A stretch of DNA of 64,000 nt, taken from positions 186,001-250,000 of the forward strand of contig JAAOMT010000512.1 in assembly GCA_016748015.1 (NCBI GenBank). Reading direction: 5' to 3'. A program made the translations under genes and the position numbers. The number at the start of each line of letters is the position of its first letter. The stretch's first letter is position 1. Below are positions 25,507-38,300 of this stretch, one piece after another. The stretch is from Geosiphon pyriformis uo1. Lineage: Eukaryota; Fungi; Glomeromycota. A model generated the notes under the pieces. It was not told the DNA's origin. It made no database searches and saw nothing but the letters and a program-made list of their open reading frames with translations.

Positions 25507-26479
25507 TGTTACTAGAGGTTTTTGGTCTCTTTTCTTGAATGTTGTGGTTGTTGATTTGCTGTAAATTCATGTTTTTAGGAAGTAGTTGAACCTCCAGTAA
25601 CTGAATTTATCTTCAAATTATCTCCTATAATTTGAACTGCTGGACTTATAAATGGAATGGCCAATTCCTTGCCAGTTACTTTATGTAGTTACATTGTAGT
25701 AAACGTCAACTCTTTCCCAGGAAGTGCTCATCTGGAAGCTCACTAAAATGTGTAGTTACTTTGCTGTGAAAGTCAACTCTTCTACAGAAATCTCATCTGT
25801 AGGCTACCCTAATAATTGTAATAAGAAAAAGAAAAATAAAAGAAATGTAAAAAGAAATAGAATTTTATCAAGGAAAACATTTTCTATCCAGGCCTGGAGT
25901 CACTAACAGTTTACTGAAATTGGTAGCTAATCAATTTCAAAACGTTAGTTGGGTTTTGAGGATTTTCCCAGTGCAATAATTTAAAATTTTGGTTTTTCAA
26001 ATTATTTGATATTTATTTCTTTTTGTGTGTGTAGGAATGATTCTAAGTGATAAATCTAAAATAAGATACATTTTCTCGAAGAGAGAAGCTCTTCTTTTAT
26101 ACAACTTGTTATAACACTATTCTATGAACTTGAACTTTGTTATTTTCTACAATTTCGCTGAACTAAAGATACATTTCGGCAAACTACAAGTTATTTCTGC
26201 GAACTATTAAATATTTCGGCAAATTTCTATAAATTTTGGCAAATTTCTATAAATTTCGGCGAACTTTTGAATGTTACATAGTTCGGGGTATTGCATAATT
26301 GATCATTGTAATTAGGTTACATTTGTGTTGTGTATAATTTGGGTTATTAATTAAATGATAATTTCAGACATTTTTGCTAATGTAATAAGTGATGATTTGA
26401 AACAATAATATGCTAATTAATGATAGAAATTATAAGATAATTTTATGCTAAATAATATCTTCAATTTTGTCTGGTAACA
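25507..26479 (-). repeat. 3' LTR of Gypsy C (973 bp)
   Basis: TG...CA ends; repeat of 34379-35331 with one extra 20-bp unit. Confidence 0.95.
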
Positions 26480-27167
26480 TAACCTCTTCTTTAAGACTGA
26501 GCTCTGTCAAAGTTCAAGTACTGTCTGTAATTTCCAAATAGTAATCCAAAATTATTGAAGAAATTTGATCTGAAAATTGTTTAAATTTCAGTTCTGTGAG
26601 CTTTCCAATATATTGTATCTTCAACAGTCATAAAATTGGGTTTTGTAAGACATTTTCACAGGTGTCGAATAGGTCATAAAGTCTAAAAGCAGCTCTGAGT
26701 TTGTAGCGACTGTTTGTTGATCCAGCTGTTGTCTTGAATTCGTTGTGGAATTGTTTCTGAATAGCTTCTTTTGTGAGATTTGCTGTTGTAAGTTCCAGTT
26801 TCCATTTGTAGAGTGTTTTTCCAATGTGGAAATATTTATAGATTGGAGGATATTCAGTGTTTTTCTCATTGAGACACAGTTGAAGTTTTTGTTGAATTGT
26901 AGCATTTGGTGGAATACTAATCGGAGTGAGCATTAGGTTTTCTCTTAAAACAAGCTTTAAAAGTTCTGGCAGGTGAATTCCAGAATAACTTTTTGTGTTC
27001 TTTTTATATGGGTGATATTTTCGTAAATTTGGGGCTAAATTTGTAACTACTTCTGTTTGGGTATAATTAATGTGGTTTCCAGTAACAGTAATGGATAATT
27101 TGGGTATTGTTTTTAAAGCTAACATTAGTTTTTGGGATAATTGTTGAATGTTTTGAGGAATAGTTAT
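26448..27167 (-). pseudogene. Gypsy C ORF3 (ATG mutated to ATA; premature stop at 26628)
   Basis: Collinear with 58361-59080. Confidence 0.82.
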
Positions 27168-27288
27168 TATAAGCAATTTAAAATAAAAGAAAATTATTTT
27201 TGGTGTATGGGTTTTTATGTTATTTTTGTTTTGTTTTTGTGAAATTGTTTCTAAATTATAAGAAGATAACTATAATAATAAATTTAAA

Positions 27289-28674
27289 TTAAGTGTTCAA
27301 GTTGTGAGGCTGTTCAATGACAACTATTAGTTCTAAATTTTGGAGAATGTCTTCGGGATTGATTAAAAGGGAATGTGTACCAATTTGTGGAATTAATGGT
27401 TCAAGATTGTTTCTGGAATGATAGTGTTTCAAACGATCTCCATGTGCAACTTTTGCTAGAATTTTATCATCAAGTCTTAGCTTGTATGATCTGTTGCCTA
27501 AAACTTCATGGATAAAGAATGGTCCATCCCATTTATTTTCAAATTTTCCACTCCATTGTTTTTTGGCTTTAGTTCTGTGTAAGAGAACTTTGTTTCCAAT
27601 TTTAAATTCATTGGTGACTGGAGGCAATTTGTCATCATGCCATTCTTTTTGTTGAGCTTGGGAGTGTTCAATATGGGTGACTGCTATTCGTCATTTTCCT
27701 TTCAATGTGCTAAGCAGAGTGTAGGCTCTTTGTTGAAGCACTTCTTGGAAATTGTTTTTATTGATTGGTTGTACTGGGTATGTTTCTATTGTGAAACTAA
27801 TTGGTAACGTTGCTGTCCTTCTGTAAGTTAAATCAAATGGTATGTGTTTTGTGATATCTTTTTTTAGTGTCCTATATGCTAGTAACACTGATGGAATAAA
27901 GAGATCCTATTCTTGCTCAAAATCGGTTGAAACTTTGGCTAATGATTCACACAATGTTCTGTTGAACCATTCTACCAGTCCATTTGTTTGTAGATGGTAG
28001 AGTGAAGATAATAGTCTTTTGACATTAAATCGTCCACACATTTCCTGAATTAAATTGTTCATGAAATGTGTTCCTTGATCAGATAAAAGTTCTATTGGGC
28101 ATCCATGTCTACAAATGATGTCTTCGTAGATGAAGTTTGCTACTGATTTTGCATCTGCTCATTGAATGGCTCTGGCTTTAGGCCATTTGGTGAGATAGTT
28201 CACGGCTACTGCAATGTAGCGGTTTTCTTGGTTTGTGATAGGTAGTGGTCTGACTAAATCGATACCAACTCTGTCAAAAGGCTGTCCAACTTTGATTGGG
28301 TTTAAAGGTTCTGTAGGGCGAGTTCCTCCTCTTCTTTGACAACTATCATAAGATTCAACATATTCGTGAATGTCTTTTCTCATTCAAGGCCAAAAGTAGT
28401 ATTCTAGTGTTCTTTGGGTGGTGCTGTCTTTTCCAAAGTGGGCTGATGAAGAATCTGAGTGCATGTTGTATAATATAGTTTCTTTTTCCTGTTCTTGTAT
28501 TAATCTGAGTGGTTTGTCTGGGTTTTTGAAATTTTGGTGATAAATAATGTTGTTGTGTAGAAAATATTGTTTGGCTTGTTGTTGTAGTTGATGTTTTTTA
28601 TCTGGAGACCAATCTGTTGGGATTGTTAATGTTTTCAGATATTGTTTGAGATCATTGTAGTTTTCTGAATTCAT
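27289..28674 (-). pseudogene. Gypsy C integrase ORF (separate from pol, no chromodomain)
   Basis: Four same-frame ORF pieces with HHCC remnant, GIDLV, SDQG, GLVE, WDGPF. Confidence 0.92.
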
Positions 28675-28723
28675 TGTTTGTTGGCTCTTTTGGTTGGTTA
28701 AGTTGAGTGTTGGTTTTTATTTT

Positions 28724-31700
28724 CTAATCTTGTCTCATTCTGGAGAGACAGTCAACATTGGTGTGGAGTTTTCCTGGTTTGTGATATACTATGTATCAAT
28801 AATTTGCTAAAAATCCTGTCTATCGGGTTTGTTTTGCATTTAGCTGAGTATTTTTGTTCTGAAGCCATTTGAGTCCAATATTATCAATAATAATATTGAA
28901 TTCTTTAGGCCTAAGATAAAAGTTGAAGTGGTGTAGGGCCCAAATTACAGCTGCTGTTTCTAGTTCTGTGGCAGGGTAGTTTTTCTCAGCAGGTTTTAAT
29001 GTTCTGCTAGCATAAGCAATTACTCGCTCATTTCCATTGTCATCTAGTTGTGATAAGATGGCACCAAAGACAGTATATAAAGCATCTGTAGCTAGTCAAA
29101 ATTGGTTGCTAAAATCCAGATAGGCAAGGATTGGGGCTGTTGTCAGTTTTTCTTTGAGAATTTCAAAAGCTTTTTGGTGTTCAGTAGTCCATTTGTATTC
29201 CACGTTTTTGGTGGTGAGCTGATTGAGGGGTTTTGCAATTTCCGAGAATCCTTTGATAAACTTCCGATAGTAGGATGCTAATCCTATGAATCCTCTTAGT
29301 TCTGTAGTATTTCGTGGAATTTTGAAGTTTTTAACAGCACTGATTTTTCCTGGATCTGGTTTGACTCCTTCTTCACTAACTATGTGACCAAGAAAGGCCA
29401 AACTTGTTTTTCCAAAATGGCATTTTTCAATGTTTAGTTTTAATCCTGCTTTATGTAATCATTGAAAAGCTTCTCATAGATGAGTTAAATGGAGTTCGAA
29501 AGATGGGGAATAAACATCAGTGTCATCAAGATAGACAACTACTGATTTCCAAAGGAGTTCAGCATATACAACATCCATGAGTCTTTGGAATGTTGCTGGT
29601 GCATTGCATAATCCAAAGGACATTACATTAAATTCGTAGTTTCCTCTTTGTGTTGTGAATGCTGTTTTGGGGCAGTCCTTGGGATCCATGGCAACTTGCC
29701 AATATCTGCTTTCTAGGTCTAATGTTGAAAAGTATTTAGATTTTCCAAGGGCATCTAACATGTCATCGATTCGTGGAAGAGGGTAAGCATCCCCAATAGT
29801 GACACTGTTAAGTTGTCAATAATTAACACAAAATCGTATCTTTTCATTCTTTTTTTTAACTAAAACCACTGGTAAGGCCCATGGACTCATTGATGGTTGG
29901 ATAAGCCCATTGTTAAGCATCCGTTGTACTTCTTTTCAGATAAATTGGTGGCTTTCTGGAACAACTCGGTAGGCTTGTTGTCGCCTTGGTTTGGGATCTC
30001 CTGTATAGATTTGGTGTTGTACCAAATTGGTTCTTCCTAAGTCATTGTTGTTTTCAGCGAAGATATTGGCAAAATCTGCAATTAGTTTCTTGAGCTGGTT
30101 TTGTTGTTGTGGTTCAAGTTGTTCCATGTTAATTCGAGATAGTTTTTCCATAACAATATGATAGTTTTTGGAGCTGGAGTTTGGGTTGATTTTTGGTAGT
30201 GAATGTCCAATAATTTCAGAAAAATTGGGGACTGTTTGGGGTAATTCTTGTTGAAAGATGTTACTGTGAATGATTTCAATTTCTAAGTTATTTAATAAAA
30301 CTATGGGATAATTGTTGGGATTGTAAAAAGTAATTTGGACTTTTTTTGTTCCTTTTGGAATATAAATGTTTGAAATTAAGATATTATGTTCCAAGCAGAC
30401 TTGTTCATTAGACTCAAAAATTTGTTGTGTAGTTGTTGGCTTTGGGCAGATGTAGATTTCTGGATGTTCTCCAAAGAGTGAGATGGTAATCGGTTGTGAA
30501 AGTCTAAGAATTTGGTGAGATTCTTTCTGTTTATTGAGAGCTATGTTTACTGGAACTGTGAAACGTCCAGTTGAACCAAAACCTTGTGTTCTTCTTTTGC
30601 TTTTTTCCAACTGTTCTCTTTGATTAACTAATTGTAAACCCGAAATGTTGATTAAGGGTAAATAGATAGCTTGAGCAATTTTTTCAGCATATCCAATTTT
30701 GAAAGGTTTATCAGTTTTATTTTGTAACATGACTGTGATGTCTCCTGTGTATCCAGCATCGATGATTCCTCCTCTAACATTGATTCCTTTGCTTGCTAAG
30801 GATGATCGAGAAGCAATTTGAACCATTGCTCCTGGTGGGATTTCGAGGGCAATTTTGAGGTTGATTTTTGTGAGAGATTTGGGTTTGAGAGTAAGAGTAT
30901 CTTTTCTTGGATATCTTAGATCATATCTAGCATCGATCTCGTGGGCTTTTTCTGGTTTTATTCCTTGTTTATTGTTGTTGAAATATTTGAGTTGTAAAGC
31001 AGGCTGATTTTTGATGAGATAGATGGGTGTTGTCTCAATTTTTTCTGTTGCTTCAAGTTCTCCGAATTCAATTTCATATTCATCATTTTTGCTGGGCAAG
31101 GGAATACTAAGAGTGTAGCATTCAGGACATCACTGTTCATCACAAGACATAATACATTCTTCACATAGCCTAATGTTCATTTGCTCTAATCGTTGAATTT
31201 GAGCTTCTTGGATTGGGTAGATGTGACTTGTGATTTGGTGGTAGACTTTTACTTTGTTTTCATAATCAAATCCAGCTAATTCCATGGTGTATTCAATGTA
31301 TTCTGCTTCCTTCATTTGGCGAACATCTTTTTTGGTAGCTCTATTAATTAATGCCATTGCTAGGTTGAAAATCATTTCAGCATCATGGAGGTAGTGATAA
31401 AGTTTGTTGAGAGCACTGTTGTATGCTGCATTAAAGGGTGTTCCTCTTTTTACTTTTTCTGAAATTGATAAAGCATATTGGCAGGTCTGATCGCAGACGC
31501 CTCCTCTCATGGCTACATCAATCCAATTGCATTCTTCCAGTAGCATATCTTCACAAGTCAAACAAGAGGTGTTGTCCCATTTTCTGCTTCTTTTTATTAG
31601 ATGGCCCCATCGTTCTCTGTGGCAAGTCTTGCAGTAATAACAAGTATGATTCTCATATTCTTTTTCAGATGAAATGCAGGCTCCCATTAACAATAGTTTT

Positions 31701-34333
31701 TTGTGGCAGTCCTTACATTTAAGGGGAATATAGGGGCGTTGTTTCCTTGGTTCAGGTTTTGAATAGAGGATATTCCATCCAGAGGTTTCGGGTTCAGAGT
31801 GTGAGGTAAAATGTTCTTGTTCTGTTTCATCAGCCCAGTTGGACGTTGATCCAAAAGTTATGAATGTTTCAATGAAGGGTTTTTCCTCTTCCGGTTCGAA
31901 TTCAAAAGCTGGGGCTTTTTCAGAGCATTTGTTGAATGTACCACAAGTGGCAGGTATCCAGGCATGTTGTCCTTGGTAGGAGATTGTTAACTCTTGTGTT
32001 TCCTAATTCAGATTAGTATTGGCTTTTTGAAGCCAATCATTTCCAACGAGAGCTTGGTACTGAGGTGTGTCCATTACAAAAACTTTGACTGAAATGATGA
32101 TTCCATCAAGAGTAAATGAAAAATTGTCAATTTCTCCTACTGGGATCTTTTTTATGCCATCGGCAGTGACAATTACTATTTGAGCTGGTCGGTTGACATT
32201 TCTTTTCAACTGTTGCATTAACTGGTAGGTGATAATGCTTTCGGTGGATCCACTGTCTAGAATCAAGCGAATTGTCTTTTCTTCGACTTCGGCTTCAGTG
32301 TACATGGCCGTAATTGCTTTTTGTTCATTGGCGGCTGCATTGCTAAGCAGAAATGGTGACTCATTTGCTTCAAACTCAAAAGGAAATATATCTGAAAGGT
32401 TAGCATTTTCAGCAATTCTGGCTGGTGGAATTGTGGTGGGAGTATAGGAAGGGTTTGGTTGTTGTGCTGCAGCTTTACCTTCTGAGAGTACAGTATGATG
32501 AAAATCCTGTTCTTCCGGCATTGTTAAATAACTGGGTTGAGTGTGGTAGTGGTTGGATCTTGGTTAAGTGGTATTTTGGGGAACCAATTGGTTGTTTGAA
32601 CTGATTCTATTGTTGTTTATTTGGTATCGGTTTTGTGGTGTGAATTGATTTTGTGTACTCAGTCTTCGAGCAGGTACTTGATAATATTGTGTGGATGGTT
32701 GTTGGTATTGCTATTAGATTGGCTGTGGGGCTGGCTGATAATAGTTATTTTGGTATTGGGGTCTTGGTGGATAGTAAGTTGGTGGTAATGGTTAATAATA
32801 CGATTGCTGTGGTGGAGGATAACGTTGATTACTCCTATTTTGTTGGTCTCATTGTAGCTTTCTGCAATCTTTTTTTCAGTGGCCAGAGATTTCACAGTAA
32901 TGGCAATTCTGAGGCTGGTTATTGGAAAGTGGTGCAAAGTTATTTTGATTTCATTTTTGGGGTGGTTGATATCTTTGGGGTTGCTGTTGTTGTTGATTGG
33001 TGAAATAGTTTTCAACCTTCTTTGTGAATTGGTCAATTTTTTTCTTGGCTGCTGAGCTGGTTTCTCCAATTGCCAAATTTACAAGTTTTGTGCAGTTGGC
33101 CTCTTCCATGGCCATTTCATATTTTTTCGCATGCTGTATGGCAGAATTTAAATCTTCTGGTGCATGTGGCCGAACTTTTTTAATTAGTTTATCTTTTAGA
33201 CCAGCAATAAATTGATCCAAGATTTGAGCATTGGAATAATAATCATTTGTCTCGAGTTGGCAAATTCGTCTGAGAAGTTTGTTGAATTTCCCAATATAAG
33301 TCATAATGGATTCAGAGGTTTCTTGTTTGATATTTCAAAAACGATTGCAAAGAGTAATGGAGGTGTTATTGTCGGTGAACTGTTCAAGGAAGGCTGCTTT
33401 GAAAGTGTTCCAATTATTGAATGGGGCGGCAAGGTTTTCAAACCATTCTCCTGCTGTTTCTTTGAGAAAGTAGGGAATTGTTTTTAATATTCTGGCAGCA
33501 TTCCATCCATTTGCATCTCCAGTTTTAGTAACTTGGTCGAGCCATTCTTGGGGACTGGTCTCAATGTCTTCTCCATTAAATTCAGGGATTTTTGTGATGT
33601 ATGTTGTCATTTTGTCTTCTTTGTTTTCACTATCTATTGATTCTTCTTCAGATATTTCAGGTTCATTTTCTTCGTTTGCTGCTGTCTCAGAGTGTTCACT
33701 TTGGTTTTCAGCTAGAAAGTCAAGGAGATTGGAACTAGTTTGAAGGGGTTCTTGTTGTCTGGTGGGACTTCTGAGTAATGTAAAATCTTCTGGTCTTGCA
33801 AATCGATTCAAAGGTGAATTAGGTGTTTGTGCTTGTGCAAGTAAAGCTGGAAAAGATGTAATAGTAAGTGGAAGTTTTGAACTGGTTCCTTGTTCAGGTG
33901 TTTGTAAATGTTTGAATGATATTTTGGAAGTATTGGGTGTTGTGTAAACAGATCGGTTATCTCTTTGTTTTTTGTTGCTACTGGTCTCAGGTTCAGATTC
34001 GAGTTCAAAGATAAATTGTGCGTTTGCAGGATATTTTTCTTCACAGAATCGAATGATATTATAATCAAGTTCTTCAAAATAAGTAGCGCAAGCTTCAGCA
34101 CTAATGTTTTCTGATTCAGTGTTGAAATAGTGTAGTATGTTCTCAAGAAGATCTCTTTTAACTGTTGTAATGTTATAGTTTCCAAAGAGGTAGTTGTTGA
34201 TTCGATTTTTGATGTATTAAAAAAGTGTTTTCTTGAAAGCAATGATTCTGTTACGTATTTCAAATCATTGTTTACAGTGTGTATAAATTGATTGATAGTA
34301 CTCTAAGGTTGTGATGTCTGAGGCAGTTGCCAT
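28724..34333 (-). pseudogene. Gypsy C ORF1: Gag (capsid + CCHC), aspartic protease, Cys-rich insert, dUTPase, RT, RNase H in one frame with point-mutation stops
   Basis: The ATG at 34333 and ORF pieces starting 33811, 33304, 32521, 31693, 31099, 29761 and 29401 share a frame; IPEFNG..PQEWL, CHYC..GH..KDC (~32860-32905), LILDSGS, YLDD. Confidence 0.92.
30568..30965 (-). other. Trimeric-type dUTPase domain within Gypsy C ORF1
   Basis: Five motifs: DA(G/R)YDL, RSS, GIIDAGYTG, KIAQ, R.TQGFGSTG. Confidence 0.93.
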
Positions 34334-34360
34334 TTTGAATTTGTTGTTGCTGTGTTATTT

Positions 34361-34376
34361 CCATGGGAGAGCACCA
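34361..34376 (-). other. Primer-binding site TGGTGCTCTCCCATGG, 2 nt inside the 5' LTR junction
   Basis: Starts with TGG (complement of tRNA CCA); degenerate equivalent at 7668 in element B. Confidence 0.8.
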
Positions 34377-34378
34377 AA

Positions 34379-35331
34379 TGTTACTGAAGGTTTTTGGTCT
34401 CTTTTCTTGAATGTTGTGGTTGTTAATTTGCTGTAAATTCACGTTTTTAGGAAGTAGTTGAATCTCCAGTAACTGAATTTATCTTCAAATTATCTCCTAT
34501 AATTTGAACTGCTGGACTTATAAGTGGAATGGCCAATTCCTTGCCAGTTACTTTATGTAGTTACATTGTAGTAAATGTCAACTCTTTCCCAGGAATTGCT
34601 CATCTAGAAGCTCACTAAAATGTGTAGTTACTTTGCTGTGAAAGTCAACTCTTCTACAGAAATCTTATCTGTAGGCTACCCTAATAATTGTAATAAGAAA
34701 AAGAAAAATAAAAGAAATGTAAAAAGAAATAGAATTTTATCAAGGAAAACATTTTCTATCCAGGCCTGGAGTTACTAACAGTTTACTGAAATTGGTAGCT
34801 AATCAATTTCAAAACGTTAGTTGGGTTTTGAGGATTTTTCCAGTGCAATAATTTAAAAATTTGGTTTTTCAAATTATTTGATATTTATTTCTTTTTGTGT
34901 GTGTAGGAATGGTTCTAAGTGATAAATCTAAAATAAGATACATTTTCTCGAAGAGAAAAGCTCTTTTTTTATACAACTTGTCGTAACACTATTCTATGAA
35001 CTTGAACTTTGTTATTTTCTACAATTTTGCTGAACTAAAGATACATTTCGGTAAACTACAAGTTATTTCTGTGAACTATTAAATATTTCGGCAAATTTCT
35101 ATAAATTTCAGCGAACTTTTGAATGTTACATAGTTCAGGGTATTGCATGATTGATCATCGCAATTAGGTTACATTTGTGTTGTGTACAATTTGGGTTATT
35201 AATTAAATGATAATTTCAGACATTTTTGCTAATGTAATAAGTGATAATTTGAAACGATAATATGCTAATTAATGATAGAAATTATAAGATAATTTTATGC
35301 TAAATAATATCTCCAATTTTGTCTAGTAACA
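34379..35331 (-). repeat. 5' LTR of Gypsy C (953 bp)
   Basis: TG...CA ends; adjacent PBS. Confidence 0.95.
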
Positions 35332-38300
35332 TCACAAACAAAGTGCCTAGAATTTCCAGAAACCACATTGCCCCCAGCTCTTAAAAAACGTTTACTGACC
35401 AAATAAGACAAATGCCAAGTAAAGAGCACCACCTTCTTAGCAAGCTCATCTACATGCTTATTGCCTGAAATATCCGAATGACCCTTAACTTTAATCCAAT
35501 TCACAGTTTAATTCTTATGACAAACTACATTAGCAATATGGTGACACTCTATCCAACAACAATTCCTGAAGTCTGGATAAGCCAATAATAATTCCGACTT
35601 GTACGCATCCAAAGCAACTTGGCTATCTGAGAACAAATCAACCACACAAGAAGAAGGAACACACTCAAGAGCCAAAGCAATGGCCTGCAATTCAGACAAA
35701 GTAGAAAAAACCAAGCCAGACACCTCCACACCTAAACCAAAATTAATGTCTTTAAAAAAGACTGCAGCCCCAGCTTTCATGGCAACAGTATTCAAACCAT
35801 TCAGAGACCCATCCATGTACACAGAAAGGTGGACAGCATCAGTAGCCAACAGATTGTTACAGATAACACCAAAATTATGAAATTGATGAACATCAGACAG
35901 AGTGGAATTCTCCACAAGAGAAGAACACACAGGAAAAGAAGCAAAACCACCAAGAAAACATGCAGAAAGATCAAACCAAAAAGGAATTGGACCACAAAAA
36001 TCCAACCTCTTCCAACACTTGAATGTCTGCCAACTAAAAACAACACCATTTCGATCATGTAATTGTTTTACAAAAGCAATACCATATTGTTTGAGTGAAG
36101 AGATACATTTTAGAAAATTGATTTTACCAAGAACAAAAGACATAAAAGTACCATCCCGATGACAGAAAGCACAGGCCAGAGACCTGCTCAGAGACAGATC
36201 ACATCTGGAAAAAATATGAACCACACCTGCTAAGAAATTATTTAAAGAACTGATACTAACACAAACTGGAAACAGCAAGGAGTGATAAGGACACCAGCTA
36301 AGAACCTAAAGATCATAAGACCTGTAAGAAAACAAGCAGCCCAAAACACCAACTGAATTTGCAAAAGCAATAATGGAGGCCAATTTGCTCTCTGCCTGAA
36401 TCTGTTCAAAAGTCTTCAAACCATACAAAGAAGGATGATGAAATGCATCATTGGGGAAATCAAGCAGCAGCCCAGACTTAGACTTTAAGCCTTTGCAGAT
36501 CAGAGTGTCCTATTTATTACACACACTAATAGAAACAAAACTGAACTGAGTCCTGTAGCTGATGATAGGAAACAGAACAACAGAAACCAAATAACTGAAT
36601 TGTTTATCTAAGATGGCTTTTTTTAGAACAAGGTTGACAAAAAATCGGATGTCTGAGTAAGCCTTGGCCAAGCTGGGCACCAAAAGACCATTATAAAACA
36701 AAAAAATTCCAAGATAACGATGAGGTTCACTCTTTTTGGCTATGGAAATAGGCAAGCTACTAACAGTTAGGTAAGAGGTCTCAACCCAGCAGTTGATGGA
36801 GATAATCACGGTTTTGTCATTGTTAATTGAAATGTTATTAATCCTGAAGAACTCACTAGCAATGTCCAAAATGTGTTGTGTAGCAGCCTGGCTGCTACCA
36901 ACCCAGATGGTATCATCAACAAAAGCACTAGCAGCAAAAAACAATATCAACCCAGTCTGAGATTTCACATGGCCAGTATTGGAAACAAAATGCAAATTCA
37001 ACCTGTAACCACATACCTTCCCTTGTCTCTTGACCTCACACATAAGTGAATCATAAAATATGTGCCAGAAAAGTGGTGAGAAAACTTCACCTTGATCCAA
37101 ACTATCACAAACCACATACTTACTAGTTAAGCCAAAATCTGTTATCACTCTGTTCCTGCAATTATTGTGGATGCTACCAAAAAATCTAATGAATCTGTTA
37201 CACATTTTAATCCTGATCAAACTCCTCTCAAGATGTTCTCAACCAACCAAATCATATGCTTTGCACATGTCCTGTAAAACCAGCCACAGCTCTCTGTTTT
37301 TCTCTAAGGCATTCTTAACCACAAAACCAATGGCAAAAATGGGTGACTGTGTAGTCGTACCCTTTAAAACAGAAAAATTGTTCCTTTATAAAACGTTAAA
37401 CTTACTGCAAGCCGAAGATATTCTGTCCAATAAGATTTTGGAAAGAATCTTGCAGGCTGTTTCAATCAAAACAATAGGATAGGTGTTTATGAGAACACCC
37501 TCCCATTTATAGGGTTTAGGAATCATCAAAACCCAGGCTTTTCTCCAAGGTCCAGGCACCAATTCACAAACCAGGCAGAAATTCAAAAGCACCAAAAGCA
37601 TATCCAGAACCACTCCATTACAATGCTTTCATAATTTATTAGAGATGTCAGAAAGACCAGCTGTTTTTCCATCAGGCAAGCTCGAAATGACATTAAACAT
37701 TTCATCAAAACTAATTGAGTTCATGACACTAGAGAAAGCACCATCAAAAATATAGTCCAAAGGCCAAAATTGGCGTTTTCAATCATCAGAAAAGTCTGAA
37801 ACCACCAACCGCCTCCTAGTCCATTTCTTCATAATCCTGTCCACTTTAGATTTAACCAGCTCAAGTTCCAAAACCAACTCATCATCCACTACTAAATGAT
37901 CTAACACTACCTTGTGAAATGGACACTCCAAAACACTCCTGATAGTACAACCCTTATCTAACTCAAAACTCTCCATCCTACTCTCAATGGCTTGTCTTAT
38001 ATGAGATTCCTTAGCACACTTAAATTCAAGCATCTTGGAAGAGTGGTAAAACTTCCTTGTCTTAGCCAGCTTAGAGCAAATACCATCAAAACCAGACCCT
38101 GAAAGGAAAAAAGACTTCACTGACAAAATGCCAACAGAGTCAAGCCTGTTCCATGTATCCAACAACAGAGCAAAATCACTCTCAGAAATCAAATAGGAAG
38201 CCTTTACCAGCTTAGAAACCAGCAACTTCAGCTTATGAAACCTAGAAGACACCTTATTGAAAATACTGTCAAAACCTTTGAACCACTTTTTCTTGAAAGT

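Larger units (their letters stand above)
25507..35331 (-). mobile_element. Complete Ty3/Gypsy element C (family 1), 9825 bp, dUTPase-bearing
   Basis: Two LTRs, PBS, PPT, perfect TCAC TSD at 25503-25506 and 35332-35335; domain order Gag-PR-RT-RH-IN. Confidence 0.97.
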
